Made by a program: the position numbers and the translations under genes
Assembly: GCA_041657885.1 (NCBI GenBank)
Contig: JBBABB010000001.1
Location: 267,184-331,183 of the forward strand
Source of the DNA: Minisyncoccota bacterium
GTDB taxonomy: Bacteria; Patescibacteriota; Minisyncoccia; Phycocordibacterales; UBA9973
DNA length: 64,000 nucleotides
Reading direction: 5' to 3'
The notes under the pieces: generated by a model
What the model saw: only the letters and a program-made list of their open reading frames with translations
What the model was told of the DNA's origin: nothing
The model's database searches: none
In this document: piece by piece, positions 45,996 through 54,751 of the stretch
Numbering within the stretch: the stretch's first letter is position 1
Layout: every line of letters starts with the position of its first letter

Positions 45996-48173
45996 TTATT
46001 CTAATACTTTACGTAGCACATCTTCCGGCACTTCCCTTTTTGCCTTGCGTTTCTGCCAAGAATTTGTATTAGGTTTTATTTCGGGTTCTGGTTGCGAAAC
46101 AGGAATGTCTTTTTGAGATGGTCTGGCTCCTCGTCCTCCCTCATCCGAGGACCTCTCAAAAAGATTTTCCTGTGAAGCAACCTCTATCTTCTCTTCTTTT
46201 TTTACTTCTACTGATTGAATCACTTTTTCTTTCTCTTTAATCCTTGATAACACATCTTTAAGCGTTGCTTTCTTTTCTTCTGACGCCTCTTTTGTGGGTA
46301 AAGTATTTGCTACTCTTACATTAGAATTATTATTTTCTTTTAATGCAGAAAGAGACATAGGTTCTTGTTTAGAAATAGGCGCAACAGTTTCCTCTATTTT
46401 AAATCCTTTTTCTTCTGCCCCCTCCTTACCTCCTTTAGCAATTTTCTCCAACAATCCTCGCAAAAGTGGAGAAGGCCCAGAGTGTTTCTTTTTTTCTACA
46501 AAAGAAGTCCTTCTGTCATTGGTATTAACATTGTTTGTTGCTTGAGATGAACCCTGTGGTTTATATGAAGAATCTTTCGGCTTACTAAACCCAGAAAAAT
46601 TATTGTGAGGTGCCCCAGCTTTTTGTTCCATGGGTTTAAATTCTATCCCCAACATCGCTAACGGCTCAGTCGAAACTTTTTCTTCTTGATGAGCTGAACG
46701 AGATGCCACAAATCCGCTTTCTGGTTTAAGCTCACCACTTTTAATTTTGTACATACACTCTTTACAATAAACAGGCCTACCTTCTTTGGGCTCAAAAGGG
46801 ACCATCGTGGACTTACCACAATTTGAACAATCAGCTTTGTATTTCGCATCACCATCTCCGACTTGAAGCATTCCACTCCACTTTGAAATTTCATCTTCAA
46901 CTTCTGCTCGTGGACGAGTATATAGTTTACGTGATGACTCTATAATTTTATCTTTAACACCTTTTGATAAATCTATTTTTATTGGAGGAAGAGTTGTCGC
47001 CGAGAATGGACGACTAGTTACACCATCAATCATTAACTTAACATAAATATGAAAGTTGGGTAAATTTACCAAATCTAGTGCTGTAAATTCAGGCTCAAAT
47101 TCTTTTTCTAAAAATTCGGCATCATCTCCACCAACACGGAAAACAATCATAGTCCCAACGTTACCGAAAACAGCATCACGAACTTTTGTGCTATCTTTAC
47201 TCTCAAGTTGAGCTGTATATTGGTGAGCCACAGTAAGATTGAGTCGATATTTACGAGCTTCAGAGAGAATATTTGCAAATGCATCCGTCGCAAAGTTTTG
47301 GAATTCATCAACATACAAATAAAAATCTTTTCTATCTTCTTCGGGAATTCTGACACGCTCCATCGCGGCAAGCTGAATTTTTGTAATAATCATACCTCCT
47401 AAAAGTGCTGAATTGTCTTCACCGATACGCCCTTTTGAAACGTTGACGAGAAAAATTTTCCCCTCATTCATTATTTTGAAAATATCAATAGTTGATTTTG
47501 GCTGACCAACAACATTACGAATAATAGAAGTTGAAAGGAATTGACCGACCTTATTTTGAATCGGAGCTATTGCTTCATTACGAAATTGGTCACGCCATTG
47601 TTCATATTCATGAACCCAAAAAGCTTTAACAACAGGGTCTTTCAAATTACCAATTATCATTTGTCGATAATCTTTATCCACCAAGAGTCTTGGGATACCT
47701 AGAAGCGTTGTCCCTGGAGTATCAAGAAGCGCAAGAATTGCATTATTCAAAATGTATTCCATACGAGAACTCCAAGCATTAGCCCAAATCTTCGTAAAAA
47801 TACCCATCAGCCCTGATGCTACTAAGTGTTTATATTTTGGATCGTCAAGTTGTATAACATTAAAACCGATATGAAATTCTGTATCAGCTGGATTAAAATA
47901 TATTACATCTTTTACTCTGTGGTCTGGAATAAGATGGAGGATTTCTTCTACGGTCTCTCCGTGCGGGTCCACCACACAAACGCCTTCACCATTCTGAATA
48001 TTCTGGGCAATAAGATTGGAAAGAAGAACAGATTTACCAGTACCTGACTTTCCCAAGATATACATATGCTGGCGACGATCTTTACGTTTTATGCCAAAAA
48101 TAGCATTAGTACTACGGAAGTTTGTTCTACCAAAATAAGTAATGTCTCGATTGTGTGGAATTTCATTTTCCAT
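45996..48173 (-). CDS. FtsK/HerA/T4CP-superfamily P-loop ATPase (DUF87 or TraG/VirD4-like, soluble) with an internal CxxC zinc ribbon and a long low-complexity C-terminal tail (paralog B)
   Basis: Walker A ILGKSGTGKSVLLSNL is followed by VCVVDPHGE, Walker B FYLYVDEFQNF and VAHQY. The zinc ribbon CSNCGKSTMVPFEPKEGRPVYCKEC sits at about aa 440-470, followed by a roughly 250 aa K/E/S/P-rich tail. There is no N-terminal TM segment. Confidence 0.6.
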   Translation of the reverse strand: MENEIPHNRDITYFGRTNFRSTNAIFGIKRKDRRQHMYILGKSGTGKSVLLSNLIAQNIQNGEGVCVVDPHGETVEEILHLIPDHRVKDVIYFNPADTEFHIGFNVIQLDDPKYKHLVASGLMGIFTKIWANAWSSRMEYILNNAILALLDTPGTTLLGIPRLLVDKDYRQMIIGNLKDPVVKAFWVHEYEQWRDQFRNEAIAPIQNKVGQFLSTSIIRNVVGQPKSTIDIFKIMNEGKIFLVNVSKGRIGEDNSALLGGMIITKIQLAAMERVRIPEEDRKDFYLYVDEFQNFATDAFANILSEARKYRLNLTVAHQYTAQLESKDSTKVRDAVFGNVGTMIVFRVGGDDAEFLEKEFEPEFTALDLVNLPNFHIYVKLMIDGVTSRPFSATTLPPIKIDLSKGVKDKIIESSRKLYTRPRAEVEDEISKWSGMLQVGDGDAKYKADCSNCGKSTMVPFEPKEGRPVYCKECMYKIKSGELKPESGFVASRSAHQEEKVSTEPLAMLGIEFKPMEQKAGAPHNNFSGFSKPKDSSYKPQGSSQATNNVNTNDRRTSFVEKKKHSGPSPLLRGLLEKIAKGGKEGAEEKGFKIEETVAPISKQEPMSLSALKENNNSNVRVANTLPTKEASEEKKATLKDVLSRIKEKEKVIQSVEVKKEEKIEVASQENLFERSSDEGGRGARPSQKDIPVSQPEPEIKPNTNSWQKRKAKREVPEDVLRKVLE

Positions 48174-48255
48174 AGATTGGATTCATTATACAATGATTCT
48201 TCCAAATAAAAAAGGGGTTATAATATTCAAAACATAAATGCTATAATCTAAAAAT

Positions 48256-48849
48256 ATGATTCCAGAATATTTCGCCTATCTTTCAATTCCTTTCATTGCT
48301 ATCGGTTCTTTCTTTTATATAAGAGATACCATCAGGGGGAAAACAAAACCCAATAGAGTTTCTTGGATATTTTGGATGATTGCTCCTTTTGTTGGTGTAT
48401 ATATAGGTTATAAATCTGGAGTTAGTCTTCCCCTACTTGCATCTACATTTGCCGCAGGATTTTGTCCTTTTCTTGTTTTAATTGCATCTATCTTTAATAA
48501 AAATTCGTATTGGAAAACTACAAAGTTTGATATTTTGTGTGGAATATTATCTCTAATAGCAATTATAATATGGGTTACAACAAAAAATGGAGCTATCTCA
48601 ATCACCTTTGCTGTTCTAGCTGATTTGTTCGCAAGTATTCCAACAATTATTAAAAGTTGGAAACATAGCGAGACAGAAAACATTGGCCCATATTCTTTTG
48701 GCACGATAAATCAAATAATTACTATTTTGGCTATAAGTAAATTTTCTTTTTTAAACCTAATTTTCCCTATTTATTTTATTTTAGATAATATAATTATTAT
48801 TTTAGGAGTAAAAAGAAAAAGTATTTTCAAACTAATCACTAGAAACTAG
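48256..48849 (+). CDS. Hypothetical integral membrane protein (about 6 TM) located between the ATPase and Cys-rich genes
   Basis: The 197 aa ORF is hydrophobic. It is the only plus-strand gene inside the 45996-54700 module. Confidence 0.4.
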   Translation: MIPEYFAYLSIPFIAIGSFFYIRDTIRGKTKPNRVSWIFWMIAPFVGVYIGYKSGVSLPLLASTFAAGFCPFLVLIASIFNKNSYWKTTKFDILCGILSLIAIIIWVTTKNGAISITFAVLADLFASIPTIIKSWKHSETENIGPYSFGTINQIITILAISKFSFLNLIFPIYFILDNIIIILGVKRKSIFKLITRN

Positions 48850-48863
48850 CTACTGGAAACTAA

Positions 48864-50573
48864 TTAATAAACTTCCGCTTGATAGCATTTTTCACAATAG
48901 ATTATTTCTGGACGGTCGGGGGCATAAGGGGTTTTAATTTCTATACCACATTTATTACAATTTCTATCATATAATCCGGGCTTATTTGTCCTATTAAATC
49001 TACGAGCGTGTCGACATTTTGGGCAAGAATGTGGAATTGGTTGATTAAATTTTTCTAATAATTCAAATTCAACATCGCTTATATTAAATCCTTTGTCACA
49101 GGTGCTACACCTGATAACTTCCTTTTTTATTCCTTTTGTCGTCTCATTAAATGTCTGTGGTAAAGAATCCGCCGAGTAGGTAAAGTTGTAAGTTTGTTTT
49201 GGAATATCGCACCAATTATAACCCTGAGTTTCAGCTTGTTTTTTTGATAATGGATTATATTCATAAGCCATGGTTTCATTATATCCAAAGGGAGATAGTT
49301 CTGGCGGTAAAAATTCTCCATATGTATAAGTATGCCCTGTTTTGTTTTTCCAAGGATTCTTTTTCATATCAGCAATAATTTTTTCTTTTAGTTCAAAATA
49401 TTCTTCTTTTGTGTATTGTTTATTCAAAATACAATATTGTTTTCTTTTCAAATTTACACAACCAAAACAATCTTTTCCTTGAATACAATAAAAAGAATAT
49501 TCTACATTTTGTGCATTTGGCCAACACTCTGCGCAAAATTTATTATTGTAAGCTCCTTCTCCTACAATGTAACATTCATAAAGTAGAGACGATTCAGCCC
49601 CCCATCCAGTATAATCATAACAATCTTTTGCCCCCTTAAGAGATAAATATTGAACGAAGCGACAATCTTCAGCTCCCGAAACAAGAAAAGCATTTTTTGT
49701 ATTCTTCGATTCATAAACATATTCTCCTGTAACATTTATATTTAAACTATTACCATGATAGGATCGTTTAGGCGCACTACTCCAAAAATTTTCAGATTGA
49801 TTTTTTAATTTTTGTTGACTTCCATAAGTATCTAATTTTAATTCTTTTAACTTTTCAAAATATTCATTTTTTAAATATTTCTTATTAAAAATAAAGTAAC
49901 TTTTATTTCGTAGATTTACGCATCCAATACAATCATTACACCCATAACACGACTGGCAAAAATAACAATTTATACAACTATCTAATTCTTCGCTCCATTT
50001 GCAGTTATAACATTTATAAATTCCAACACATTCATAACACAATTCTGATTCTTTGGCACGATAACAGTCAAGAAGATCTTTATTGTGAGCAGTCATCATT
50101 GTATAAGCACAGTGTTCATCGTAGTCAGCATAGATTGTCATAAAACAATTTTTCTGATACGAGGCGTTGTTTGCATATTTTGTATTAACAAGTGATGGGT
50201 AAAGGGATTCAAGCGCAACAAAGATAGATTTCTTTCGAAGCTCAATTAATTGCTCAAAAAAAGGTCTATTTTCATCGTATTCCATCCCATATTCTGTCCC
50301 ATCCCAATTGTCTTTCCACCAACAAGGATTACAGTACATTTTTGTTTCCCCCTCTGGGGGATACAAACAAATAACAAGCTCCCCACATGAATCGCATTTT
50401 TTCTTATAAAATGACGACAAATTACCAAAAACCATTCTTCGCATCATCCTACACTCTGGACAAAAAGTTGGTGCTGGAACTTTTATTTTCTCGTAAAATG
50501 AAAAATCGTCAGGCTCGATAACGAAGTCGTGTTTGCAATTCTGACATATTCGGTTTTCGCTTTTATATTCCAT
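48864..50573 (-). CDS. Large cysteine-rich multi-zinc-ribbon protein (paralog 2)
   Basis: The 569 aa protein has the N-terminal ribbon CQNCKHDFVIEPDDFSFYEKIKVPAPTFCPECR and the C-terminal ribbons CPKCRHARR...CNKCGIEIKTPYAPDRPEIIYCEKCY. Its internal repeat blocks are shared with the ORFs at 10762-12429 and 51444-53090. Confidence 0.6.
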   Translation of the reverse strand: MEYKSENRICQNCKHDFVIEPDDFSFYEKIKVPAPTFCPECRMMRRMVFGNLSSFYKKKCDSCGELVICLYPPEGETKMYCNPCWWKDNWDGTEYGMEYDENRPFFEQLIELRKKSIFVALESLYPSLVNTKYANNASYQKNCFMTIYADYDEHCAYTMMTAHNKDLLDCYRAKESELCYECVGIYKCYNCKWSEELDSCINCYFCQSCYGCNDCIGCVNLRNKSYFIFNKKYLKNEYFEKLKELKLDTYGSQQKLKNQSENFWSSAPKRSYHGNSLNINVTGEYVYESKNTKNAFLVSGAEDCRFVQYLSLKGAKDCYDYTGWGAESSLLYECYIVGEGAYNNKFCAECWPNAQNVEYSFYCIQGKDCFGCVNLKRKQYCILNKQYTKEEYFELKEKIIADMKKNPWKNKTGHTYTYGEFLPPELSPFGYNETMAYEYNPLSKKQAETQGYNWCDIPKQTYNFTYSADSLPQTFNETTKGIKKEVIRCSTCDKGFNISDVEFELLEKFNQPIPHSCPKCRHARRFNRTNKPGLYDRNCNKCGIEIKTPYAPDRPEIIYCEKCYQAEVY

Positions 50574-50628
50574 GTTGAATTTTTCTTATCCATAACACTT
50601 TTTGACGACCGCATTAATCCGTTATTGT

Positions 50629-51054
50629 CTATTCTTTATCCTTTTTATTTAAAATTGAAGAATGGAAAATTTCGGGGTTGTGTGGTTTGCCACACACAAT
50701 TTCTATTTTTGGTAAATTACCATTTTTTATGGATTTATTTAAATTATTTAAAAGTGCATGTTGGTCATAGCCGAGATAAACAACATCCGGTTTAACTTCT
50801 TTTAAAATATTATATGTCCCTATTTTAAGGTCACCTAAAAGAACTAAATCTATATCTGGAACTTCTAAAAGTGTATTTATTCTTTCCACTTCATTATTTT
50901 CTGGTAATTGACCCTTCAACTCTTTTACAACACTATCACGCGCAATAATAGCCACAAGATGATTACCTTGCTTTTTTGCATCCTTTATAAAAGATGAGTG
51001 TCCATCATGTATCCCATCAAAAACACCAAAAATTACTACGGTTTTATTAATCAT
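50629..51054 (-). CDS. Cytidylyltransferase-like nucleotidyltransferase (TagD/RibL-like HxGH family)
   Basis: The 141 aa protein has VVIFGVFDGIHDGHSSFIKDAKKQG, an HxGH nucleotidyltransferase motif, and a Rossmann-like fold. Confidence 0.5.
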   Translation of the reverse strand: MINKTVVIFGVFDGIHDGHSSFIKDAKKQGNHLVAIIARDSVVKELKGQLPENNEVERINTLLEVPDIDLVLLGDLKIGTYNILKEVKPDVVYLGYDQHALLNNLNKSIKNGNLPKIEIVCGKPHNPEIFHSSILNKKDKE

Positions 51055-51057
51055 ATT

Positions 51058-51363
51058 TTATTCAATAACTTTCATCATCCATTCTTTGTATGGGTGGTTT
51101 ATTCGGCGGACATCTACCCCTGCAATAAGTGGAACACTATAAGTGTGGTGTTCTGAAATAATCTGATTCACTTCTTCTATTTTTAATTCAAATGTAGTGA
51201 CCAAAAGCATCGCTTGCGACACACATTGAAAAGAACCTTCCCAACTATAACAAGAAGATATTGACCAAAAATCAACACAAGCCGCTATCTTTTTATTTAC
51301 AATTAATGACCCAAGTTCTTGAGCTTCGTCCATATTTTTACATGTTGTATATATAAATACCAT
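51058..51363 (-). CDS. cutA: Divalent-cation tolerance protein CutA
   Basis: The 101 aa protein has IAACV, SISSCYSWEGS and HTYSVPLIA...NHPYKEWM motifs that match the CutA1 family pattern. Confidence 0.55.
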   Translation of the reverse strand: MVFIYTTCKNMDEAQELGSLIVNKKIAACVDFWSISSCYSWEGSFQCVSQAMLLVTTFELKIEEVNQIISEHHTYSVPLIAGVDVRRINHPYKEWMMKVIE

Positions 51364-51443
51364 AAAATATATAGATAAATTAGGTTACGACCCTTATTTT
51401 TTAATTATATCACTATTTAAAGAGAGGTCTATATAAAAACACT

Positions 51444-53090
51444 TTAGTTTATATTTTGCTTATAGCACTCTTCACAAGCAATTTTTTTATATCCCCACTC
51501 GGGAGGATAATAGGCATCGATATTTTTCTTGCAGTAATAACAATTATATGGATAAGCCGTCAAAACTGTCGTGTACTTCATATTATTTTTTATTCGCACA
51601 TCAAAATGATATCGTGGAAGTGGAATATTATTTTGTTTGTAAAAAATTAATTCATTTTCAGCTATATTAAACCGCCAACCTGTCTCTGGACAAATAAGTG
51701 CTTGAGTTATTATAGTATCAGGAACATCATCTATGGAATCAGGTAATTCACTTGTTGGTATTCCTTCTATATGACTTTCACTAACATCTTCCCAATAACC
51801 ACCAAGTTTTAAAATATCTTCTTTTTTGGTTTCTGGAAAATATAAGAAGCTAGTAGAAAAATTAAATGGCCCAGCACTCATAGAATATGGCAAAAACTTT
51901 CCATATTCGCCTCTTTCTTTCATATCTTCAATAATTCTTGTCCTGAGCTTGTCGAAGGATTCTTTCGTATATTGTTTATTCAAAATACAATATTTCTTTT
52001 TCTTCAAACCAACACAACCGAAACAATATTCACATTCAAGACATAAATCCAAATATTCGGAATATCTTGATTGGGTCCAAGCCGAATATTTTAAAGCAAA
52101 AATATTCATACAACCGGCACAATTACCAGATAATTCTCCATACCAGCAACCATTACAATCTATATTGGATGTCTCTTTCATCCCTCTGACGCAATTATAA
52201 CTATCTTCAGAGTCGCTGATAGTAAAACAATTATGACAATTTTTCGTGTTCATCAGATTATCTCCATCAGAATTATAAGTTTTCAAATTAAAGTTTTCCC
52301 TATGAATTGCTTCTTTTTGCGCAATTTCTTCGAAATGTTTTTTGTGTAATTGAATTGATTTATATGAGCCAAGAAAGAATAACCCTAATTTTTTATCATA
52401 TTCCTCCTTAGAATACTGAACATTCTCTATGCAGTATGATTTGCCTCGCAAATTCCAACACATAAAACAATCCTGGCAGTTGCGACAATCTTGTAAAAAA
52501 TATGAATCAATACAATCCTTGGAATTTCTGGAATAGAACAATTTAAAAGAATTGAAACAATTAACCGAATCAAAACACTTTTCCGAATCAAAACAAACTA
52601 CTACATCTATTGAATTTCTAACTCTTAGATTTCTGTATGAATAATATAAATCTTCACATACTTCCATTGAACGAGATAAGTAACAATTTTTAGAATTCCA
52701 AACATCATCACACCAATCACAATTCGTATTTTTACTTCCATTCTGATGCGGATGTGGAACTTTTTCTTGAAGTTTTTGTAATTGAGTAAAAAATGGTTTT
52801 GAAGAATCATAATCTTGTCCAAAACTCATCACATCCCAAGCATCACTATGCCATTCTGTTAAAGTATAAATCGGATATCTATTCTTTTCTGGAAAAGTTG
52901 TAATTAAACTGTCCCCTGATAAATCAGAAACCCCTTTACGAAATTTACCAAACAACCAAAAAGACAAGTGTAATTTTATTCGGCAAAAGAAACACAATGT
53001 CGGTAATTCAATATCAACCTTTTCATACATAGATAATTTATCTTTTGTTATAGAAAACTCTTTCTTACAGTGTTCGCAAACTTTTTTCAT
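51444..53090 (-). CDS. Large cysteine-rich multi-zinc-ribbon protein (paralog 3)
   Basis: The 548 aa protein has the N-terminal ribbon CEHCKKEFSITKDKLSMYEKVDIELPTLCFFCR and the C-terminal ribbon CYYCKKNIDAYYPPEWGYKKIACEECY. Its internal block CFGCVGLKKKKYCILNKQYTKESFDKL is conserved with the other two paralogs. Confidence 0.6.
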   Translation of the reverse strand: MKKVCEHCKKEFSITKDKLSMYEKVDIELPTLCFFCRIKLHLSFWLFGKFRKGVSDLSGDSLITTFPEKNRYPIYTLTEWHSDAWDVMSFGQDYDSSKPFFTQLQKLQEKVPHPHQNGSKNTNCDWCDDVWNSKNCYLSRSMEVCEDLYYSYRNLRVRNSIDVVVCFDSEKCFDSVNCFNSFKLFYSRNSKDCIDSYFLQDCRNCQDCFMCWNLRGKSYCIENVQYSKEEYDKKLGLFFLGSYKSIQLHKKHFEEIAQKEAIHRENFNLKTYNSDGDNLMNTKNCHNCFTISDSEDSYNCVRGMKETSNIDCNGCWYGELSGNCAGCMNIFALKYSAWTQSRYSEYLDLCLECEYCFGCVGLKKKKYCILNKQYTKESFDKLRTRIIEDMKERGEYGKFLPYSMSAGPFNFSTSFLYFPETKKEDILKLGGYWEDVSESHIEGIPTSELPDSIDDVPDTIITQALICPETGWRFNIAENELIFYKQNNIPLPRYHFDVRIKNNMKYTTVLTAYPYNCYYCKKNIDAYYPPEWGYKKIACEECYKQNIN

Positions 53091-53170
53091 AATATTTTTA
53101 ATTCATAGAATTTTTCTCCTCAAGGACTTGCCTTGGGCTCTCTAAAGGCAAGACCTTTTCCCGAAAAATT

Positions 53171-54700
53171 CTAAATCAACGGCTCGCCACCTTTTTCTCC
53201 TTTTTTTGGTTTCTCTCTAGGGTTTGATTCTTTATTTATACTTTCACTTTTATTTTCTTCATTACCTATTTCTTCTTCACCTTCTTCTTTTTTATCTGCC
53301 ATTATGGCAGCTTTTTCTTGAGCAGACCTTATGATAGTTGCTTCTTCTTCAGCAATTAATCTCTGCGCTTCACCTGCCAAAATAGAATATTTGCGTCGAG
53401 AGGCCTCTATAGCTTCTTGACGATAAGAAGGATGAGTGGCTGGCAATACACGCAATGTTTCAGCAGAAAATGGGTCATAACTTTCTCCATCAATTGTCAT
53501 CTTAATAAAAAATTCCCCAACTCCAAGATTAATCATATCTTTTACATCAAAAATAGGAGCAAAATCCGATTTAAGTTTTACGGCGTCATCTCCCCCAACA
53601 CGAAAGGCAATAATAGAACCTGTATTACCAAGTACTGCTTCTTCAACCTTAGGCATAAGTTGACCAACATATTGGTGGGCTACTATAAGATTTATGCCAT
53701 ATTTACGAGCTTCTGAAATAATATTTTCAAAAGTATCAGTAACAATATTATGGAACTCATCCACATATAGATAAAAATCATTACGATCTTGTGGTTCTAA
53801 TTTAGCACGAGCCATACCAGCTTGCTTAATTTTAGTAAGAAACATTGCTCCAAAGAAAGAAGAGTTCTCCTCACCTATTTTCCCTTTTGACAGATTAATC
53901 AAAAGAATCTTTCGCTCATTCATTAATTCTTCCAGATCAATTTTATTTTCTTTTTGTCCAAAAATATTACGGAGCATTGGGTCAGAAAGAAACTGGCCTA
54001 ATTTGTTAACCAGAGGAATAATAGCATCAGTATCAAATTTCTCAGACCAGTCAGCGAATTCTATTGCCCAGAATCTTTTTACCATATCATCCCCTATATA
54101 CTCCACAACCTTCTGACGATAGTTACGATCAGTAAGCATACTAATCATTCCCCGCATAGTAGCATGAGGATAATCAAGAAGAGCAAGCGTTGTAAAACGA
54201 AAAACGTGCTCAAGACGAGGAGTCCAGTTTGCTCCGAATTGTTTTCTTAAAACTTCTATCAATCCTTGAGTGAGTTGATGTTTAAAAGTTGGGTCGATGT
54301 TTGCTAGAGGATTAAATGATGAAGGATAATTTATGTCGCCTGGGTCGATTATACAAATATCTTCAATTCTCTCTTTAGGAATAAAATTTAAAATATCTTC
54401 AATAAGCTCTCCGTGTGGGTCTATAACACAAACACCTTGGCCGTAAGCTATATCTTGTCTAATCATTAATTCTAAAAGCTTAGACTTACCAGTACCTGAC
54501 TTTCCAATTATGTACATATGACGTCTACGGTCAATACGCTTGATACCAAAGACGAATTTCTTTTCTTCTAGAGATGCAACATAGTTCGTACGCCCAATAA
54601 AAACAACATCACTTGGGTCTGATTTCCCGAGAGTTGGAAGATCTGGAGGCGGCGGAGCATATTTAATTATCTGAATTTTGTTTGGCTTATTGAGTGACAT
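53171..54700 (-). CDS. FtsK/HerA/T4CP-superfamily P-loop ATPase (paralog A, shorter, lacking the zinc ribbon and tail)
   Basis: The 509 aa protein has Walker A IIGKSGTGKSKLLELM, then VCVIDPHGE, Walker B FYLYVDEFHNI and VAHQY. It is collinear with residues 1-430 of the ATPase at 45996-48173. Confidence 0.6.
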   Translation of the reverse strand: MSLNKPNKIQIIKYAPPPPDLPTLGKSDPSDVVFIGRTNYVASLEEKKFVFGIKRIDRRRHMYIIGKSGTGKSKLLELMIRQDIAYGQGVCVIDPHGELIEDILNFIPKERIEDICIIDPGDINYPSSFNPLANIDPTFKHQLTQGLIEVLRKQFGANWTPRLEHVFRFTTLALLDYPHATMRGMISMLTDRNYRQKVVEYIGDDMVKRFWAIEFADWSEKFDTDAIIPLVNKLGQFLSDPMLRNIFGQKENKIDLEELMNERKILLINLSKGKIGEENSSFFGAMFLTKIKQAGMARAKLEPQDRNDFYLYVDEFHNIVTDTFENIISEARKYGINLIVAHQYVGQLMPKVEEAVLGNTGSIIAFRVGGDDAVKLKSDFAPIFDVKDMINLGVGEFFIKMTIDGESYDPFSAETLRVLPATHPSYRQEAIEASRRKYSILAGEAQRLIAEEEATIIRSAQEKAAIMADKKEEGEEEIGNEENKSESINKESNPREKPKKGEKGGEPLI

Positions 54701-54751
54701 ATGTTTATATATTGTATCAAATTACAATAAAATAGTATAATATAGACGTAT

